From a bacterium (GTDB lineage Bacteria; Patescibacteriota; Minisyncoccia; Phycocordibacterales; UBA9973), in NCBI GenBank assembly GCA_037130655.1, contig JBAXSP010000002.1, forward strand, positions 13,125-77,124: a DNA stretch of 64,000 nucleotides, given 5' to 3'. The position numbers and the translations under genes were made by a program. This document shows, one piece after another, positions 9,714-19,510 of this stretch (within the stretch, counting starts at the first letter, position 1; the number at the start of each line of letters is the position of its first letter). The notes beneath the pieces were generated by a model. It was given only the letters and a program-made list of their open reading frames with translations. It had not been told where the DNA came from and ran no database searches.

Positions 9714-11003
9714 ATGGAACGAACATATATCAAAGATATTGGTAATAAAAAAGGGGAGGAGGTTAGTATTTCGGGCTTTGTTCAGACACTTCGAGTGCAA
9801 AGTAAAATCATCTTCATGGTGGTTCGCGATATTACCGGTACAACTCAAGCAATTATTGAAATCTCAAATGAGACAACTTTTGATATTGCAAAAGAATTAT
9901 CACACGAATCAGTCGTCCGAGTGACAGGGCTTGTCAAAGACGGACCAAAAGACACATTTGAAATTGGAGTGAATAATCTCGAAGTACTTTCTGTAGCAAA
10001 CCCAGAACTTCCAATTCCAGTGGTTATCAAAGGGAGCGATGAAGAAACAGAGGCACCAACTCGTTTTGATTACCGATGGATTGATATTCGCAAACCAGAA
10101 AAAACACAAATTTTCAAAGTTTGGACTTCACTTGAAAAAGGATTCCGCAACTATTGGAATGACAACAACTATCTCCAAATCTATACACCGTCATTTATGT
10201 CGACACCAAGTGAAACTGGCGCAGAAGTGTTTGCGGTAGATTATTTTGATCGCAAAGCGTATCTCGCACAATCTCCACAATTCTACAAACAAATGGCACA
10301 GGCTTCAGGTCTTGAACGTGTCTTTATGGTTGGTCCAGTATTTCGTGCAGAAGAATCTTTCACCAGTCGTCACTTGACCGAATTTACTGGTTGGGACTTC
10401 GAACTTTCATATATCAATTCTCACCACGACATCATGGACCAAGAAGAAGGAATGATTGTTGCAGGATTTGAACAATTACAAAAAGATCTTCCGGATCTGA
10501 ACATTACGATTCCGTCTCGTCCATTTCCACGAATGCAGATTGTTGAAGTCAAAAAAATTCTTGCAACGCTCGGTGTGCCAAGTTCTGAAGACCACGATCT
10601 TTCTCCAGAAGAAGAACGAGCAATTTCTGACTACGTACAAAAAGAAATGAACCACGAATTTGTATTCATTACTGATTACCATGTTTCAAAAAGTGCGTTC
10701 TATCATATGCGACATGATGATGACAATACTCGTTCGAAGCGCGCAGACTTACTATTCCGTGGAATTGAAGTAACAACACTTGCTCAACGTGAACACCGTG
10801 TAGAAATCCTAGAGAAACAAGCGATTGAAAAAGGAATGAGTCTTGAACCACTCAAAGACTATATCAACTTCTTCCGTTACGGATGTCCTCCACACGGAGG
10901 AGCAGGAATTGGTCCAGGACGTTTGATTATGAAATTACTCGACCTACCAAACGTTCGCGAAGCAACATATCTCCCACGCGACGTAAAACGATTGAATCCA
11001 TAA
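9714..11003 (+). CDS. aspS: aspartyl-tRNA synthetase, archaeal/eukaryal-type class IIb (asparaginyl not excluded)
   Basis: 429 aa; OB-fold N-terminus, QSPQFYKQM, motif 2 FRAEESFTSRHLTEFTGWDFE and motif 3 GGAGIGPGRL. TGgTATAAT box 9 nt upstream. Confidence 0.8.
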   Translation: MERTYIKDIGNKKGEEVSISGFVQTLRVQSKIIFMVVRDITGTTQAIIEISNETTFDIAKELSHESVVRVTGLVKDGPKDTFEIGVNNLEVLSVANPELPIPVVIKGSDEETEAPTRFDYRWIDIRKPEKTQIFKVWTSLEKGFRNYWNDNNYLQIYTPSFMSTPSETGAEVFAVDYFDRKAYLAQSPQFYKQMAQASGLERVFMVGPVFRAEESFTSRHLTEFTGWDFELSYINSHHDIMDQEEGMIVAGFEQLQKDLPDLNITIPSRPFPRMQIVEVKKILATLGVPSSEDHDLSPEEERAISDYVQKEMNHEFVFITDYHVSKSAFYHMRHDDDNTRSKRADLLFRGIEVTTLAQREHRVEILEKQAIEKGMSLEPLKDYINFFRYGCPPHGGAGIGPGRLIMKLLDLPNVREATYLPRDVKRLNP

Positions 11004-11036
11004 AAAAATCCCGCATTGATTAGGTGCGGGATTTTA
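11003..11036. terminator. bidirectional terminator
   Basis: aaaaaaatcccgca-ttgattaggt-gcgggatttt. Confidence 0.6.
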
Positions 11037-11053
11037 TATGAACAAAGGAGCTA

Positions 11054-11233
11054 TTATGTCAGTTCTTTTTTTCTTTTATCTATTCGTTCAAAAATCTCAA
11101 AAACAAATTCGGCACTTAAACCTAACCCTTGGCCATCATCGTTGTTTTCCTCACTGAGCGATTCCGAAAGATTTTTTTCTAACTCTGTCAGTTCTTCCAT
11201 GTTCATTTCTTCTATGTCTTTGTTATTTTCCAT
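11054..11233 (-). CDS. small acidic protein (59 aa), not in ORF track
   Basis: Manual translation: MENNKDIEEMNMEELTELEKNLSESLSEENNDDGQGLGLSAEFVFEIFERIDKRKKELT. Codon usage looks genome-like, and it sits between a terminator and the scpA promoter. Confidence 0.3.
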   Translation of the reverse strand: MENNKDIEEMNMEELTELEKNLSESLSEENNDDGQGLGLSAEFVFEIFERIDKRKKELT

Positions 11234-11338
11234 TTATTATTTTATTTTAGGTTTAATAAATGATATCACATATAATATATATGTCAATATATCAAAACTA
11301 ACTTTCACATTGTGCCATAGTCACGGTATAATAACGAC

Positions 11339-12088
11339 ATGTCATTTCTAATCAAAACAGAGCAATTTGAAGGACCATTGGACCTCTTATTGACCTTAAT
11401 TGAAAAACGAAAACTCTTTATCAACGATATTTCTATTGCAGGAGTTACCGAAGAATATCTCGGATATATCAACGAATTACGAGATATTAATCTCGAAGAA
11501 AAAACAGGTTTCTTGGTCATTGCGGCGACTTTGATCTTAATAAAATCTCGCTCATTATTGCCAAACCTGACGCTGACTGTCGAAGAAGATGAACAAGTTA
11601 CTTCACTTGAAGATCGCCTCAAGCGATACCAAGCAGCGAAACGCGGCAGTGAATGGATTATCAAACGACTCGGTAATCGATTTATTTTCTTAGCACCAGA
11701 ACGTAAAAATGACGCACCAGTATTTGCGCCAGATGAAAAAGTAAATCTCGCTGTTCTTCGTGATGCTATCAACAAAGTAATGAAAGAACTTCCAACTATC
11801 GAAGAGGTCCTTCCTGAAGTATCAGTTGGCAAAGCAATTTCAATCGAAGAAATGATCGGCAATCTCGAAGAGCGTATGCAAAACGCGATGTCGATGAAGT
11901 TGTCTGATTTCGGTGGAACACGTACACCAAAAACAAAAGAAGAAAAGGTGTATATGATTGTCTCGTTTTTGGCAATGCTTGAATTGGTCCGCCAAGGGAT
12001 TTTTGAAGTCATGCAAAATGATACCGATGGAGAAATCACCATTTCTAAACAAGAGACATTACCAGAAGTTAGTGTTGCAACAAATTAA
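11339..12088 (+). CDS. scpA: segregation and condensation protein A
   Basis: N-terminus FEGPLDLLLTLIEKRKLFINDISIAGVTEEYL is typical of ScpA. Confidence 0.85.
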   Translation: MSFLIKTEQFEGPLDLLLTLIEKRKLFINDISIAGVTEEYLGYINELRDINLEEKTGFLVIAATLILIKSRSLLPNLTLTVEEDEQVTSLEDRLKRYQAAKRGSEWIIKRLGNRFIFLAPERKNDAPVFAPDEKVNLAVLRDAINKVMKELPTIEEVLPEVSVGKAISIEEMIGNLEERMQNAMSMKLSDFGGTRTPKTKEEKVYMIVSFLAMLELVRQGIFEVMQNDTDGEITISKQETLPEVSVATN

Positions 12089-12091
12089 TAT

Positions 12092-12640
12092 ATGCAAAAC
12101 GAATTATTACTTGAAGCAATCTTATTTGGAGAATCAGAACCATTGTCAGTAGAAAAATTGGCAACTATTATGAGTGTTAGTACTGATGAAGTTGTTCGAG
12201 TAATCACCATACTCAAAGAGTCATTGGAAGGAAGGGGCATCGTATTGATTGAATCTCCACAAGGTTTTGCACTCGGCACTCATCCTGAAGCAAGTAAGGT
12301 ACTTGATCAAATTCGCAAAGATGATTTGACTCGAGAACTTTCAAAATCAGCTGTTGAAACATTGGCTATTATTTTGTACGGCGAAAATATTTCAAAAGGG
12401 GACATTGATTTTATTCGAGGAGTTAATTCGGGTTTTATCTTACGAAACTTATCGATCAGAGGACTCATCGAGAAACTAGTGGATGAAAACGATGGACGAA
12501 AATATATCTACCAACCAACACTCCAATTGATGCAATCGCTCGGCATTACGAGTCCGACAGATTTGGAAAATCGAGAAGAAATCAAAAACATCTTACTTGG
12601 CAGAGTGGTCGAACACAACAAACAAACTGAAGAACAATAA
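12092..12640 (+). CDS. scpB: segregation and condensation protein B
   Basis: 182 aa winged-helix protein immediately after scpA; LEAILFGESEPLSVEKLA. Confidence 0.8.
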   Translation: MQNELLLEAILFGESEPLSVEKLATIMSVSTDEVVRVITILKESLEGRGIVLIESPQGFALGTHPEASKVLDQIRKDDLTRELSKSAVETLAIILYGENISKGDIDFIRGVNSGFILRNLSIRGLIEKLVDENDGRKYIYQPTLQLMQSLGITSPTDLENREEIKNILLGRVVEHNKQTEEQ

Positions 12641-12648
12641 TCATTTAT

Positions 12649-13707
12649 ATGAACAACGCAATCAAAATTTTATTACCAGTTATCATTTCCTTCATTGTAG
12701 GATTTCTTATTACTGGACCATTGTCAAAATTTTTTATCAAATACAAACTCTGGAAAAAACACGCCCGTACTGATAGTGAAATGGTTTCAGAAGAATTTAA
12801 AAAAGTTCACAACACCGAAGCAGAGCTCGGTACACCACGTGTTGGAGGAATTATCATTTGGGCATCAGTCTCAATCACGATTGCATTGTTTTATATTTTT
12901 TCAATACTTTCTCACTCACCACTTGCAATCAAGCTCAATTTCCTGAGTAAGAGTCAGACAGTCGTGCCCCTTGCAGCATTTTTGCTTTCTGCAGGACTTG
13001 GATTGATTGATGATCTTGCGCAAGTGTTTGGTAAAGGATCTTATGCTCGTGATTCTATTTCAAATCGCAAAACAAAAGTTGGACTCATTATCTTCATCAG
13101 TCTTCTTATTTCACTTTGGTTTGTATTCAAACTCGGAAGAACATATATCGGCGTTCCATTTCTGGGGCCGATTGAACTCGGCGGAATTGGGTTCACGCTT
13201 TTCTTCATCATTACTACACTCGCAGTTTTTTCATCAAGTGTTATTGATGGCATCGATGGACTCGCCGCTGGAGTTCTCACACCAATTTTTGGTGCATACA
13301 CCGTCATTGCGTATAGTAACAACCAGATTAACCTCGCAGCTTTTTGTGCGGTGATCACTGGAGCAATTTTGGTATTTCTCTGGTTTAATGTTCCACCTGC
13401 ACGATTCTACATGGGAGAGACAGGAATGCTCGCATTGACGGTAGTCCTTTCTGTTATTGCATTTCTTACTGACACCGTACTTGTATTGCCATTGATTGCA
13501 TTTCCACTTGTCATGACTTCATTCTCTGTTGTTGTCCAAGTGCTTTCATACAAATACCGAAACAAAAAGCGAGTGTTTCTTGTGACACCGCTTCATCATC
13601 ACTTCGAAGCAAAAGGTTGGACTCGTCCATGCATCACGATGCGTTATTGGATTATTAGTATTGTCTGCAGTGTTCTTGGAACAATCATTGTAATCATTAG
13701 TCGTTAG
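12649..13707 (+). CDS. mraY: phospho-N-acetylmuramoyl-pentapeptide transferase MraY
   Basis: 10-TM protein with DGIDGLAAG and TPLHHHFE motifs. Confidence 0.9.
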   Translation: MNNAIKILLPVIISFIVGFLITGPLSKFFIKYKLWKKHARTDSEMVSEEFKKVHNTEAELGTPRVGGIIIWASVSITIALFYIFSILSHSPLAIKLNFLSKSQTVVPLAAFLLSAGLGLIDDLAQVFGKGSYARDSISNRKTKVGLIIFISLLISLWFVFKLGRTYIGVPFLGPIELGGIGFTLFFIITTLAVFSSSVIDGIDGLAAGVLTPIFGAYTVIAYSNNQINLAAFCAVITGAILVFLWFNVPPARFYMGETGMLALTVVLSVIAFLTDTVLVLPLIAFPLVMTSFSVVVQVLSYKYRNKKRVFLVTPLHHHFEAKGWTRPCITMRYWIISIVCSVLGTIIVIISR

Positions 13708-13810
13708 GCGCTAGCTTGTAGGCTCTAGCAGATTATTTTGCGGAGCAAAATAATCTTAGTGTATTTTTTCCTAGAGCCTAGCGTCTGTCACCTAGAGCCT
13801 TTCAAAAACT
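13708..13810. repeat. CTAG-rich nested palindromic intergenic element (GCGGAGC-core family)
   Basis: gctctagc-agattattttgc-ggag-caaaataatct...cctagagcctagc. It shares the core TTTTG(G)CGGAGC(C)AAAA with the element at 2101-2250. Confidence 0.5.
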
Positions 13811-13853
13811 CTCTATTGTATAAAAGAAAATTCAAGTATAATAATCATTACTA

Positions 13854-14981
13854 ATGCCTGCACAAGATATTAAAAATAAACCATTCGACAAAATATTTTT
13901 TGGAATTGTCATCACACTACTAGTGATTGGTGTTTTTTCTTTTGTGTCAGCATCATTTGGTATTCTAGCCAAAAATACGGCGAAATTTTATAGTGTTGTA
14001 CTCAATCATATTTTACTTGGTTTAGTTGGTGGCTTGATAGCTTTGTATATCACATCTCGTATTCCATACACCTTTTGGAAAAAACGAGCATTTTATCTTT
14101 TCTTGGGAGCTGTCGGCGCAACTTGTTTAGTTTTCGTACCAGCACTTGCACTCAAACACGGCGGAGCACAACGTTGGATCTCTATTGGCCCAGTATCATT
14201 TCAACCAGCTGAATTATTGAAAATCGCATTCGTGATTTATTTTGCAGGCTGGTTATCATGGGCAAAAGGCAGAGTCAAAGATTTCAAATTTAGTATCTTG
14301 CCACTGATTATCCTCCTCGGTATTGTTTCTGTGGTACTCCTCAAACAACCTGACACAAAGAGTCTTATTTTGATGATTGTATCAGCACTCGGTATGCTCA
14401 TTGTTTCTGGTGTTCGTTGGAAACACATTCTACTCACTGGCGGGGTAGCAGTACTGGCGCTATTGATACTACTTACCTTCAAACCATACCTCAAAGACCG
14501 TTTAATGACCTTTATGGACCCTTCTCGAGACCCATCTGGCTCTTCATATCAATTACAACAATCACTTATTGCTATCGGCTCAGGAGGTATTACTGGACGG
14601 GGATATGGCCAAAGTATTCAGAAATTCAGCTATCTTCCAGAACCACAAGGTGACTCAATTTTTGCCGTCATGGGGGAGGAATACGGCTTTATTGGAGGAA
14701 TACTCATCATTGCACTCTATGTGGCTTTTGCGTTGCGTGGACTAAAGATTGCCAATAATACCAATGATCAATTTGGTAAATTACTTGTCACCGGACTTGT
14801 TATTTTAATCACTGCTCAATCATTCTTGAACATTGCTTCGATTGTCGGACTCTTCCCGTTGACCGGCGTTCCACTTGTCTTTATGAGTCACGGAGGAACC
14901 GCATTACTCTTTTCACTCGCAGCAGTTGGAATCATTTTGAATGTGTCGAGAAGCAACAAATATAATACTGTGGTAAAATAA
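13854..14981 (+). CDS. ftsW: cell division protein FtsW (SEDS family)
   Basis: 375 aa, 10 TM, SEDS motifs (GQS...PEPQGD, MSHGGTALL), between mraY and murG. Confidence 0.85.
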   Translation: MPAQDIKNKPFDKIFFGIVITLLVIGVFSFVSASFGILAKNTAKFYSVVLNHILLGLVGGLIALYITSRIPYTFWKKRAFYLFLGAVGATCLVFVPALALKHGGAQRWISIGPVSFQPAELLKIAFVIYFAGWLSWAKGRVKDFKFSILPLIILLGIVSVVLLKQPDTKSLILMIVSALGMLIVSGVRWKHILLTGGVAVLALLILLTFKPYLKDRLMTFMDPSRDPSGSSYQLQQSLIAIGSGGITGRGYGQSIQKFSYLPEPQGDSIFAVMGEEYGFIGGILIIALYVAFALRGLKIANNTNDQFGKLLVTGLVILITAQSFLNIASIVGLFPLTGVPLVFMSHGGTALLFSLAAVGIILNVSRSNKYNTVVK

Positions 14982-14988
14982 TACAACT

Positions 14989-16113
14989 ATGAAGATACTA
15001 TTTACAGGCGGAGGAACAGGAGGACATTTTTATCCAATCATTGCAGTTGCAGAACGTGTAAATGAATTGGCAGACAGAGAAAAACTCTCTGGTGTCAAAC
15101 TCTATTACATGTCGAATGAGGAATACGACAAGAAAGCCTTGTTTGAAAACGGCATTACATTTGTCATGGTCCCAGCCGGCAAACTTCGCATCTATCCGTC
15201 TATCAAAAACTTTTTTGATATGTTCAAAACAGCAGGTGGGGTACTCACTGCTATTATCAAAATGTTTGTGATTTATCCTGATGTTGTTTTTTCAAAAGGT
15301 GCGTATGCGAGTTTCCCTGCACTAATGGCAGCGCGAATTCTTCGAATTCCAGTAGTCATACACGAATCAGATTCTGCTCCAGGACGAGTAAATAAATGGG
15401 CAGGAAAATTTGCAAAACGAATCGCTATTTCATTCCCTGAAGCTATCGAATTTTTTCCAAAAGAACGCACTGCGTGGACCGGGCAACCAATCCGCAAAGA
15501 ATTATTGCAACCCGCAAAAGAAGGTCCGTACGAATTTTTCAAATTACAAAAAGGTATTCCTACCATTTTTATATTAGGAGGGTCACAAGGCTCTACTATT
15601 ATCAATGACGCAGTTCTTGAAGCACTACCAGTATTGCTCCCAAATTACCAAATCATCCATCAAGTAGGAAAAGCAAACAAAGATGACGTACTCAAACGCA
15701 CCAGTGTCATTCTTGATGATTATGAATACAAAGACCGCTATCATCCAATAGACCTCCTCAATCCAGTTCAAATGAAAATGGCCGCAGGTGCTGCTTCTGT
15801 CGTTATTTCTCGTGCAGGTTCAACAATCTTTGAAATCGCTTGTTGGGGAATTCCATCAATCCTTATTCCATTCAATCAATCAAACGGTGATCACGCCAAG
15901 AAAAATGCTTTTGCATATGCACGTGCAGGTGCGTGTACAGTACTTGAAGAAGACAACATCTCTCCAAACATTCTCGCTAATGCAATCAACGATATTATCT
16001 CAAACGAAAGCACTCATGAAGCAATGCGCACTGCCGCAAAGAAATGGAGTCGCCCTGACGCAGCAGAAACAATTGCTACTGAAATTTTGGATATCGCAAA
16101 ATCACACGATTAA
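14989..16113 (+). CDS. murG: undecaprenyldiphospho-muramoylpentapeptide beta-N-acetylglucosaminyltransferase MurG
   Basis: GGGTGGHFYPIIAVAE N-terminal G-loop; GT28 fold. Confidence 0.9.
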   Translation: MKILFTGGGTGGHFYPIIAVAERVNELADREKLSGVKLYYMSNEEYDKKALFENGITFVMVPAGKLRIYPSIKNFFDMFKTAGGVLTAIIKMFVIYPDVVFSKGAYASFPALMAARILRIPVVIHESDSAPGRVNKWAGKFAKRIAISFPEAIEFFPKERTAWTGQPIRKELLQPAKEGPYEFFKLQKGIPTIFILGGSQGSTIINDAVLEALPVLLPNYQIIHQVGKANKDDVLKRTSVILDDYEYKDRYHPIDLLNPVQMKMAAGAASVVISRAGSTIFEIACWGIPSILIPFNQSNGDHAKKNAFAYARAGACTVLEEDNISPNILANAINDIISNESTHEAMRTAAKKWSRPDAAETIATEILDIAKSHD

Positions 16114-16168
16114 TTAATTTTGTCAAACAGGGGACAAAAGTCTTATAAAATGGTATATTGTCGATATT

Positions 16169-17533
16169 ATGACAGATAAAAAAGTCGTTACTCGTTTTGC
16201 CCCAAGTCCGACAGGACACCTACATATTGGTGGAGTTAGATCTGCGCTTTTTAATTATTTGTGGGCACGCAAACACGGTGGAGAATTTTTGCTTCGCATC
16301 GAAGACACTGACAAAGAACGTTCAAAAAAAGAATTCGAGGATAGTATCTTGGAGTCTTTCAAATGGCTCGGACTTTCATATGATGCAATGTATCGTCAAT
16401 CAGAAAACACCGAGGTTTATAAAAAATACCTTGAGCAATTGATTGCTGACGACAAAGCATATATCTCAAAAGAAGAACCGAAAGAACCTGGTGATCGTGA
16501 CTCAGTGATTCGTTTTCGTAACCCAAACAAAGTAGTCACGTTTGATGACAAAATCATGGGAACCATCTCAATCGATACAACTGATCTTGGTGACTTTGTC
16601 ATTGCTAAAGATTTCGAAACACCGGTCTTTCATTTTGCCAATGTTGTTGATGACTTTGAAATGGGTATTACACTCGTTATGCGTGGACAAGAACATGCAC
16701 CAAATACTCCTCGCCAAATTCTTATTTGGGAAGCATTTGGATGGGAACTTCCTGAATATGCACACATTCCACTAATTCTTGCCCCAGACAAAACAAAACT
16801 CTCAAAACGTCATGGCGCACTTGATACACGTGAATATCGTAACCTTGGATATCTTCCAGAAGCGATTACAAACTTTATGGCACTCATTGGATGGAACCCT
16901 GGAACTGAACAAGAAATTTTTTCACTCACAGAACTGATTGAACAATTTGATTTAGCTCGTGTACAGAAAAGTGCAGGAGTATTTAATATTGAAAAACTTG
17001 ATTGGATGAATCGTGAATACATCAAACTTCTTGGTCCTGATGCAACACAATCTGCAATGCTTATGTACATTCCAAATATAATCAGAAATCTTACTGGATA
17101 TTCAAATGAAATGACTGCACGTATTGCGCCAATCATCATGGAACGAATTTCAAAATGGAGTGACATTACAACATTAGCTGAAGCTGGCGAACTTACGTAT
17201 TACTTCGAACAACCAGTTTATGAAAAAGATGCACTCTTTTTTGCAAAAACAAAATTAACTACCGATACTAAATATACTGAGTTAATCGCAATAATTGAAG
17301 GTCTTAAAATGCGATTAGAGGCCCTCGAAAATACTGACTGGAATACTGAGTCAATTAAAAAATCTATTTGGGACTACACAGAATCAGTTGGTCGCGGTGA
17401 TGCGCTTTGGCCAATGCGATATGCGTTATCTGGCAAAGATAAGTCTCCGGATCCATTTATATTGAGTGAAGTACTTGGAAAAGAAGAGACCTTAAAGCGA
17501 CTTGATATAGCTATCCAAAAATTACAAAATTAG
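16169..17533 (+). CDS. gltX: glutamyl-tRNA synthetase
   Basis: TRFAPSPTGHLHIGGVRSALFNY and KLSKRHG. TGgTATATT box 9 nt upstream. Confidence 0.9.
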   Translation: MTDKKVVTRFAPSPTGHLHIGGVRSALFNYLWARKHGGEFLLRIEDTDKERSKKEFEDSILESFKWLGLSYDAMYRQSENTEVYKKYLEQLIADDKAYISKEEPKEPGDRDSVIRFRNPNKVVTFDDKIMGTISIDTTDLGDFVIAKDFETPVFHFANVVDDFEMGITLVMRGQEHAPNTPRQILIWEAFGWELPEYAHIPLILAPDKTKLSKRHGALDTREYRNLGYLPEAITNFMALIGWNPGTEQEIFSLTELIEQFDLARVQKSAGVFNIEKLDWMNREYIKLLGPDATQSAMLMYIPNIIRNLTGYSNEMTARIAPIIMERISKWSDITTLAEAGELTYYFEQPVYEKDALFFAKTKLTTDTKYTELIAIIEGLKMRLEALENTDWNTESIKKSIWDYTESVGRGDALWPMRYALSGKDKSPDPFILSEVLGKEETLKRLDIAIQKLQN

Positions 17534-17552
17534 ACAGGGAAGTCAAAAAGAA

Positions 17553-17590
17553 AATAAAAATCTCCAACATATTGGAGATTTTTATTTTTC
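17553..17590 (+). terminator. rho-independent terminator of gltX
   Basis: aaaatctccaa-catat-tggagatttttattttt. Confidence 0.7.
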
Positions 17591-17660
17591 AAAAATTTTT
17601 AAAAAAGTGACAAAATCCTTGGGGAATTAAGGTGATTAGAAATCTGACCATGCCGCAAAA

Positions 17661-17758
17661 GCCCTTGTCCGACACGTAGCAAAACCACGTGTCGGACAAG
17701 GGCGTCAATCTTATTGCGACATTAATCCTTATATAATATATAAGGATTAATGTCGCAA
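17661..17758. repeat. two adjacent long perfect hairpins (17-bp and 21-bp stems)
   Basis: GCCCTTGTCCGACACGT-agcaaaacc-ACGTGTCGGACAAGGGC (17661-17703) and TTGCGACATTAATCCTTATAT-aat-ATATAAGGATTAATGTCGCAA (17714-17758). A third partial tgcgacat copy follows. Confidence 0.6.
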
Positions 17759-17795
17759 AAGATATATTGTGCGACATATATATAGTTTTCCACAC

Positions 17796-18725
17796 CTAGT
17801 TCCCTGAAGCAGCACAGTTGTTGAATGACTTGACCTCGTCATTATATTCTTGCACTAATTTTCTTGTATCCGAAACAAGTTTATTATATTCATCGACAAG
17901 TTTGTTATAAGATTTAATTTTGTCAGCGTATCCAAGGAGACTGCTCGCTGAAGGTGCTGTTACCTCCCCCTTCATGGTGGTCAAAGTTTTTTCAAGTGTC
18001 GCTAAATGTATTTGATTATTTTCAACTTGGTTTTTTATTGTCTCACTGACAAATGGACAAGCATTTCGTGGTAAACCAAAATGTTGAACAGCGAACCATA
18101 CCTCATTACCGTGATAATTTCCTTTCACAATTCCGACACCAATTTCGGTATATCTAAAATTCAAAATATTTGCTCGGTGTCCAGGACTATTCATCCACGC
18201 AGTGACAACAGCATCACTGTTTTCAAAATTACCTAATGCCAAATTTTCACCAATCATAATATATTCATACCCTTGATTTTCAACTAAATCAGAAACACCT
18301 TTTCCGTCGGGTGATTGGTGTTCAAAATATTGTCGAACCAACATATCATTGGCTTTGAATTCTGCAGAATTATCCAAATTCAAACTTTCTTTCAAAGGTG
18401 AGAGTCCGTGAGAAACACGCTCTCTGTTTGTTGCGCTGATAATTCCTGCCAATGTTAGTGGGTCGTTTTTTGTTGATATCTTGTCTTTGAAATTTTTAAT
18501 AACAGAAAAAGCGCCTGCGTTATTTACTGTCTTATCTTTGACTTGTTCAGTGTCATTTGTATTTTCAACAGAACTTGTAGAACTAGCATGATTAAAATCA
18601 TTCAAGAAAGTACTAATCTTTACATAAGCAATTTTAAGATCATCACGCATCGTATAGATGGAGAAAATGACAAACAATATGAGAAGTATTCTAAAAAATT
18701 TCATTGTATATAAATTATATGACAA
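17796..18725 (-). CDS. CAP/SCP/PR-1 domain secreted protein (YkwD-like) with C-terminal coiled coil
   Basis: N-terminal TM anchor, CAP core (HQSPDGKG...NSPGHRANILNFRYTEIGVGIV) and a coiled-coil tail. Confidence 0.75.
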   Translation of the reverse strand: MSYNLYTMKFFRILLILFVIFSIYTMRDDLKIAYVKISTFLNDFNHASSTSSVENTNDTEQVKDKTVNNAGAFSVIKNFKDKISTKNDPLTLAGIISATNRERVSHGLSPLKESLNLDNSAEFKANDMLVRQYFEHQSPDGKGVSDLVENQGYEYIMIGENLALGNFENSDAVVTAWMNSPGHRANILNFRYTEIGVGIVKGNYHGNEVWFAVQHFGLPRNACPFVSETIKNQVENNQIHLATLEKTLTTMKGEVTAPSASSLLGYADKIKSYNKLVDEYNKLVSDTRKLVQEYNDEVKSFNNCAASGN

Positions 18726-18731
18726 AAAGAC

Positions 18732-19097
18732 CTAGCAACCATCAGAAGATGACAGTCCTTTTGCCTCTGCCTGCTCAGCACTTTCAAAGTATACCCTATT
18801 TTCAACCTTTAGTTTTGAACTAGAAAGACAGTTTATCGGGTAATATTTCTTCCCTCTTTTTGAGGCGAAATAGCTAGCAGTTGATTGTATTGAACTCATT
18901 TGAGTCTTGTTAATCGGCTTATTTTGGACTGACAAAGCGCTTTTTTGTGTATTATAGGTATTTACGCCATAAATAAGCACCGGGTCTTCTGCTGGTCTTT
19001 CCTGACTTCCCTTCCCAATCAAAAAACCACCAATAAAACTACATATTGATATGATTGTCAATACTGCCACAGTGACCCAAAACTCCTTTGTAATCAC
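18732..19097 (-). CDS. hypothetical membrane-anchored protein (start uncertain, possibly GTG)
   Basis: The ORF-track ATG at 19184 lies 2 nt from the divergent rpmA start, where the rpmA promoter must be. A GTG at 19097 precedes the TM segment (VITKEFWVTVAVLTIISICSF). C-terminal Cys-containing tail. Confidence 0.45.
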   Translation of the reverse strand: MITKEFWVTVAVLTIISICSFIGGFLIGKGSQERPAEDPVLIYGVNTYNTQKSALSVQNKPINKTQMSSIQSTASYFASKRGKKYYPINCLSSSKLKVENRVYFESAEQAEAKGLSSSDGC

Positions 19098-19186
19098 CGC
19101 TTTTATAGCCTTGATTTTATTAGACAAAAGATGTATACTGTCCACACAACTAATTATAAAGCATTTTAGATTTTTAATCATCATTT

Positions 19187-19459
19187 ATGGCACATAGAAA
19201 AGCCGGTGGTTCCGCTAAGAACCTTACCGATTCAAATGCACAATACCTTGGTACAAAAAAGTACGCCGGCGAAAAAGCAATCGCGGGTAACATTATTATT
19301 CGCCAACGCGGATCTCGAATCATTGCAGGTGCTAATGTTGGAACAGGAAAAGACTACACTCTTTATGCTCTAGCAGATGGAACAGTTTCTTACGGAACAA
19401 AAAGAAAGAAGCATTTCGATGGTAGTACTCAAGTCAAAAAAGTAGTGCACGTAAAATAA
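19187..19459 (+). CDS. rpmA: 50S ribosomal protein L27
   Basis: MAHRKAGGSAKNLTDSNAQYLG...IIIRQRGSR is the L27 signature. Confidence 0.9.
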   Translation: MAHRKAGGSAKNLTDSNAQYLGTKKYAGEKAIAGNIIIRQRGSRIIAGANVGTGKDYTLYALADGTVSYGTKRKKHFDGSTQVKKVVHVK

Positions 19460-19494
19460 TAAAAATCCCGACACTGTCGGGATTTTTATTTTGA
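19460..19494. terminator. bidirectional terminator
   Basis: aaaaatcccgacactgtcgggatttttatttt between the convergent rpmA and rplI. Confidence 0.7.
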
Positions 19495-19510
19495 TAAAAA
19501 AGAATCTGTC

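Noticed and set aside
11305-12042. 245-aa minus-strand ORF
   Set aside because: It is entirely antisense to scpA; the composition is Ser/Ile-rich and low-complexity; scpA is well supported.
13007-13358. ORFs of 115 and 105 aa inside mraY on both strands
   Set aside because: Internal to, or antisense of, the strongly supported mraY reading frame.
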